Source: Tubiluchus corallicola (lineage: Eukaryota; Animalia; Priapulida). Taken from it: 10,475 nucleotides of DNA. This document shows, in pieces, positions 8,055-10,475 of the stretch. Where the stretch lies: NCBI GenBank assembly GCA_030141605.1, contig JAQGDQ010002186.1:1-10475 (forward strand). The letters run 5' to 3'. Within the stretch, counting starts at the first letter, position 1. The number at the start of each line of letters is the position of its first letter. The translations under genes and the position numbers were made by a program. The notes under the pieces were generated by a model. It was not told the DNA's origin and did no database searches. It worked only from the letters and a program-made list of their open reading frames with translations.

Positions 8055-8731
8055 CTTGTAACTTATAGCTATACTAAATTTGACAAACAAAATCCTTGAC
8101 ACCTGGCTGCATCTTTGCGAAATTTAAAAAGATATTTTTTGTGTTTTTGCAACTCACTGCTGAGCAATTTAATAGCGCCTGTTAACCGGGCTGGTTTTGA
8201 TGGTCTCATCAATTCATCTGCTACAGTACCCACAGCCTGCGCTGTTGCGTACCTGACAACAACAGTCCGTACTGAATAGCCGCTAGGGCGACACTAACTG
8301 CGCGAACTACTGCGCAGAAGGACTTTCCCTACTTTATTGTGTATACTTTGCTGTGTATGTATACGTCTTTTGGGTTTACCATGTTGCCTTGTCTCTGAAG
8401 CCAGAAACAATGCGATCGAATGAGTGACGTGTAAATATGACTTTCTAATAATGGCTCAAATAAATTATTGCTGTTGATAAGAATAAAGGAACAAATTATA
8501 ATTTTTTTGTGCTTTGTCCCTGACACCCATAACGTCATAATCATATTTGCGTGCTAGTATCTCCTGTATTCTTTCCCAGCTTCTAGATGTAACTTTTGGA
8601 ACAATAAAAAAAAACAAATTTGAATTTTTCATGTACCGTCAAGTGCTTCATTTGTACTTCATTACTACAAATAAAATTACTACATTTTCTGACTCGCAGT
8701 TTTCTGTTAAATTGATGACTTCTCAATGCAA

Positions 8732-8779
8732 TGTGCGTGTATGTGTGTGTGTGTGTGTGTGTGCGTGCGTGCGTGTGTG
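8732..8779. repeat. (TG)n/(TGCG)n microsatellite
   Basis: tgtgcgtgtatgtgtgtg...gtgcgtgcgtgcgtgtgtg, an uninterrupted alternating purine-pyrimidine run. Confidence 0.95.
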
Positions 8780-9135
8780 ATGTTTCAATTTTATTTTACA
8801 GAAAATCAGCTTGACACTTGCAATGAGCGCTTGGCATTATCTTCGCATCCCCAGACGGTTGATAGCTTGATACAAGTTACATAACAAAACTAAAAAAAAA
8901 TTGAAACGCCAAAACTTGGTGAAGTTATGAGTTATGAAAACTAACTGCATCACATCGAATTTCAAGGTTAATTGTGCAATAAAAATGCTGTCATTACAAG
9001 GCATTATTAGTCAAATTCTACTCGAAATACTGAAATGTAAACACATTGAAGAAGTCTCACAAGATGAGACAACAACCTGAGGCTTCATTTATGATCTATA
9101 ATAAGTATAATAAATTCACGAATATATATTCTCGA

Positions 9136-9152
9136 ATATATATATATATATA
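9136..9152. repeat. (AT)n microsatellite
   Basis: atatatatatatatata, bracketed by the inverted pair ctcgaat (9131-9137) and attcgag (9155-9161). Confidence 0.85.
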
Positions 9153-9656
9153 AGATTCGAGGCCACAGCTTCGACGGCGGCACCATTTGCGACGATCTAT
9201 ACATCAAACGAAAGGTCTCGATTTAGTGTCGTGCTATTGGGGGTTTATTCTTCGAATCGGACGAACGGGAGGCGAAAAACCTCCAATAAATGACCAAACA
9301 GCGTGGAGAAAAACCGTTCTAGCGGCGCCTGGTTGGACTCTCGAAATGAGATATACGGCTTTTTAGAAAGAGCAAGAACATGACTATACGATGATGTGGG
9401 CTATGTGTTAGTACACGTCCACCAAGAGGAATGAGACGAGTTAATTATATGTTCTATTTTTGGCAATTTTCGCTAGGAAAACTGCTGACGCAAAGACATT
9501 GTTCTGATGTCATCCTATATCTGCCTATAATCTTATAACTTTAATACAGTAAAAGCTGCTGCTGCTGGCTTTGCGTTATAAATGAGGACTGTGTAGGATG
9601 TTCGCGTATTATTGATTATAAGTGTATTTATACGCAATTTTTTGCGGGGCCTTTGC

Positions 9657-9778
9657 GTTTCCACTCGTCGGCACAGACAGACTTTTCTGTTCGCACGTTT
9701 TGCGTCCGCAAAAGTTGTTTCTACTGCGTCCGCACGGACAGACTTTTCTGTTCGCACGTTTTGCGTCCGCAAAAGTTG
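9657..9778. repeat. Tandem duplication, ~61-bp period, two copies
   Basis: gcac(a/g)gacagacttttctgttcgcacgttttgcgtccgcaaaagttg at 9671-9717 and 9732-9778 (47 bp, one mismatch). The copies are preceded by the similar gtttccact-cgtcg and gtttctactgcgtcc. Confidence 0.92.
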
Positions 9779-10475
9779 GGTCCGCATTCATTTCGTAGCA
9801 TGCTACATAAAATATCATACATGCCGCGAAATTTTGGGCTTTCTAGAAGAAACAATAATTTGATTTTGCTACGTCGGTTAAAGAAAAGGACAAATAGGCA
9901 ACACAACAAGCGATTACGTCGTTCCTGAGCTCGAAAACAGTTAACAGCTAGGCGAATATCATCACATCGCAATAATGGATGAGGAAGACGTACCTAAATT
10001 AAGAATGCAACTTGCGATGTTCCGTATTTTTGGAATTTAAATAGATTGGGTATATTCAGTTTAATTCGTTGAAAGAGAATTGCTGTCAAGATAGAAATAT
10101 TTGGGCATATATATTTTTTACAGTTGCAACTGAACAACTATGTAATGTAAGTTTGAAAACGTGGACTAGCAAGATCAACATGGCAACGTCGAAATACTGT
10201 AAGAATTATAGCATATAGCTGTTTACTATACAGTGTAATTGCTTACTGTAAATTTTAAAAAAATCCCTTGAACGAGGAGTCGCATGCCGAGCTAAATTTC
10301 CAAAAGTTTGGAAAGAAGTAAAGTTAATAACAAAAACTAAATGTTCAACATTCATTACTGACCTCAAAAGCTATTTCAGTTAGCAAAGATTTTGTAAACT
10401 ATCAGTGATTGCACATAGGGGTACTCGTATCATAGAGGAGAAGCCAAATTCTACAGCGTGCATAACTTATTCCTT

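Larger units (their letters stand above)
1802..8103 (-). mobile_element. BEL/Pao LTR retrotransposon carrying a glycogenin domain; slightly decayed copy with approximate boundaries
   Basis: Domain order Gag-PR-RT-RH-IN with BEL-type motifs: LPHVQLETFDGD, three Zn knuckles, RIVFDAGA, QLHHFCDAS, TIPRLEL, GGVWEAMV, FWRRWQTEYL. A PPT followed by TGT lies just after the integrase. Boundaries are inferred only from the shared 11-mer tccttgacacc at 1802-1812 and 8093-8103. Confidence 0.93.

Noticed and set aside
7983-8102. 40-aa N-terminal extension of the glycogenin ORF (MSRILFVKF...)
   Set aside because: It starts at GTG, which is unlikely in a eukaryote, and glycogenin homology begins at the ATG at 7982.
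8361-8395. tttgggtttacc resembling tttgggctttacc at the putative 3' LTR start (1789-1801)
   Set aside because: The match is short and gapped and does not extend, so it is insufficient to call a 5' LTR.
8547-8780. 77-aa ORF ending VCVCVCVCACVRV, and the 8329-8544 and 162-401 ORFs
   Set aside because: Microsatellite translation or chance ORFs in AT-rich DNA, with no domain features.
9533-9972. Five overlapping short ORFs; the repeat as a possible CRISPR array
   Set aside because: The ORFs are by-products of the tandem duplication. There are only two copies, the intervening sequence is itself repeated, there are no cas genes, and the context is eukaryotic.

Overview
Eukaryotic, probably invertebrate animal, genomic DNA. 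The main feature is a ~6.3 kb minus-strand BEL/Pao (Belpaoviridae) LTR retrotransposon at ~1802-8103, encoding Gag with three Zn knuckles, aspartic protease, RT (YVDD), RNase H and integrase, followed by a PPT. The standout observation is an intronless glycogenin (GT8) catalytic domain where the Gag N-terminus normally lies. It keeps the DxD motif and the self-glucosylation Tyr, lacks the glycogen-synthase-binding tail, and is one base out of frame from a continuous glycogenin-Gag-Pol polyprotein. This copy also has two in-frame stops at the PR/RT junction, and I found no matching LTR pair, only an 11-bp repeat at the two putative ends. The AT-rich flanks hold a degenerate minimal hammerhead ribozyme between TATA and poly(A) signals, possible plus-strand host exons, microsatellites and a ~61-bp tandem duplication.
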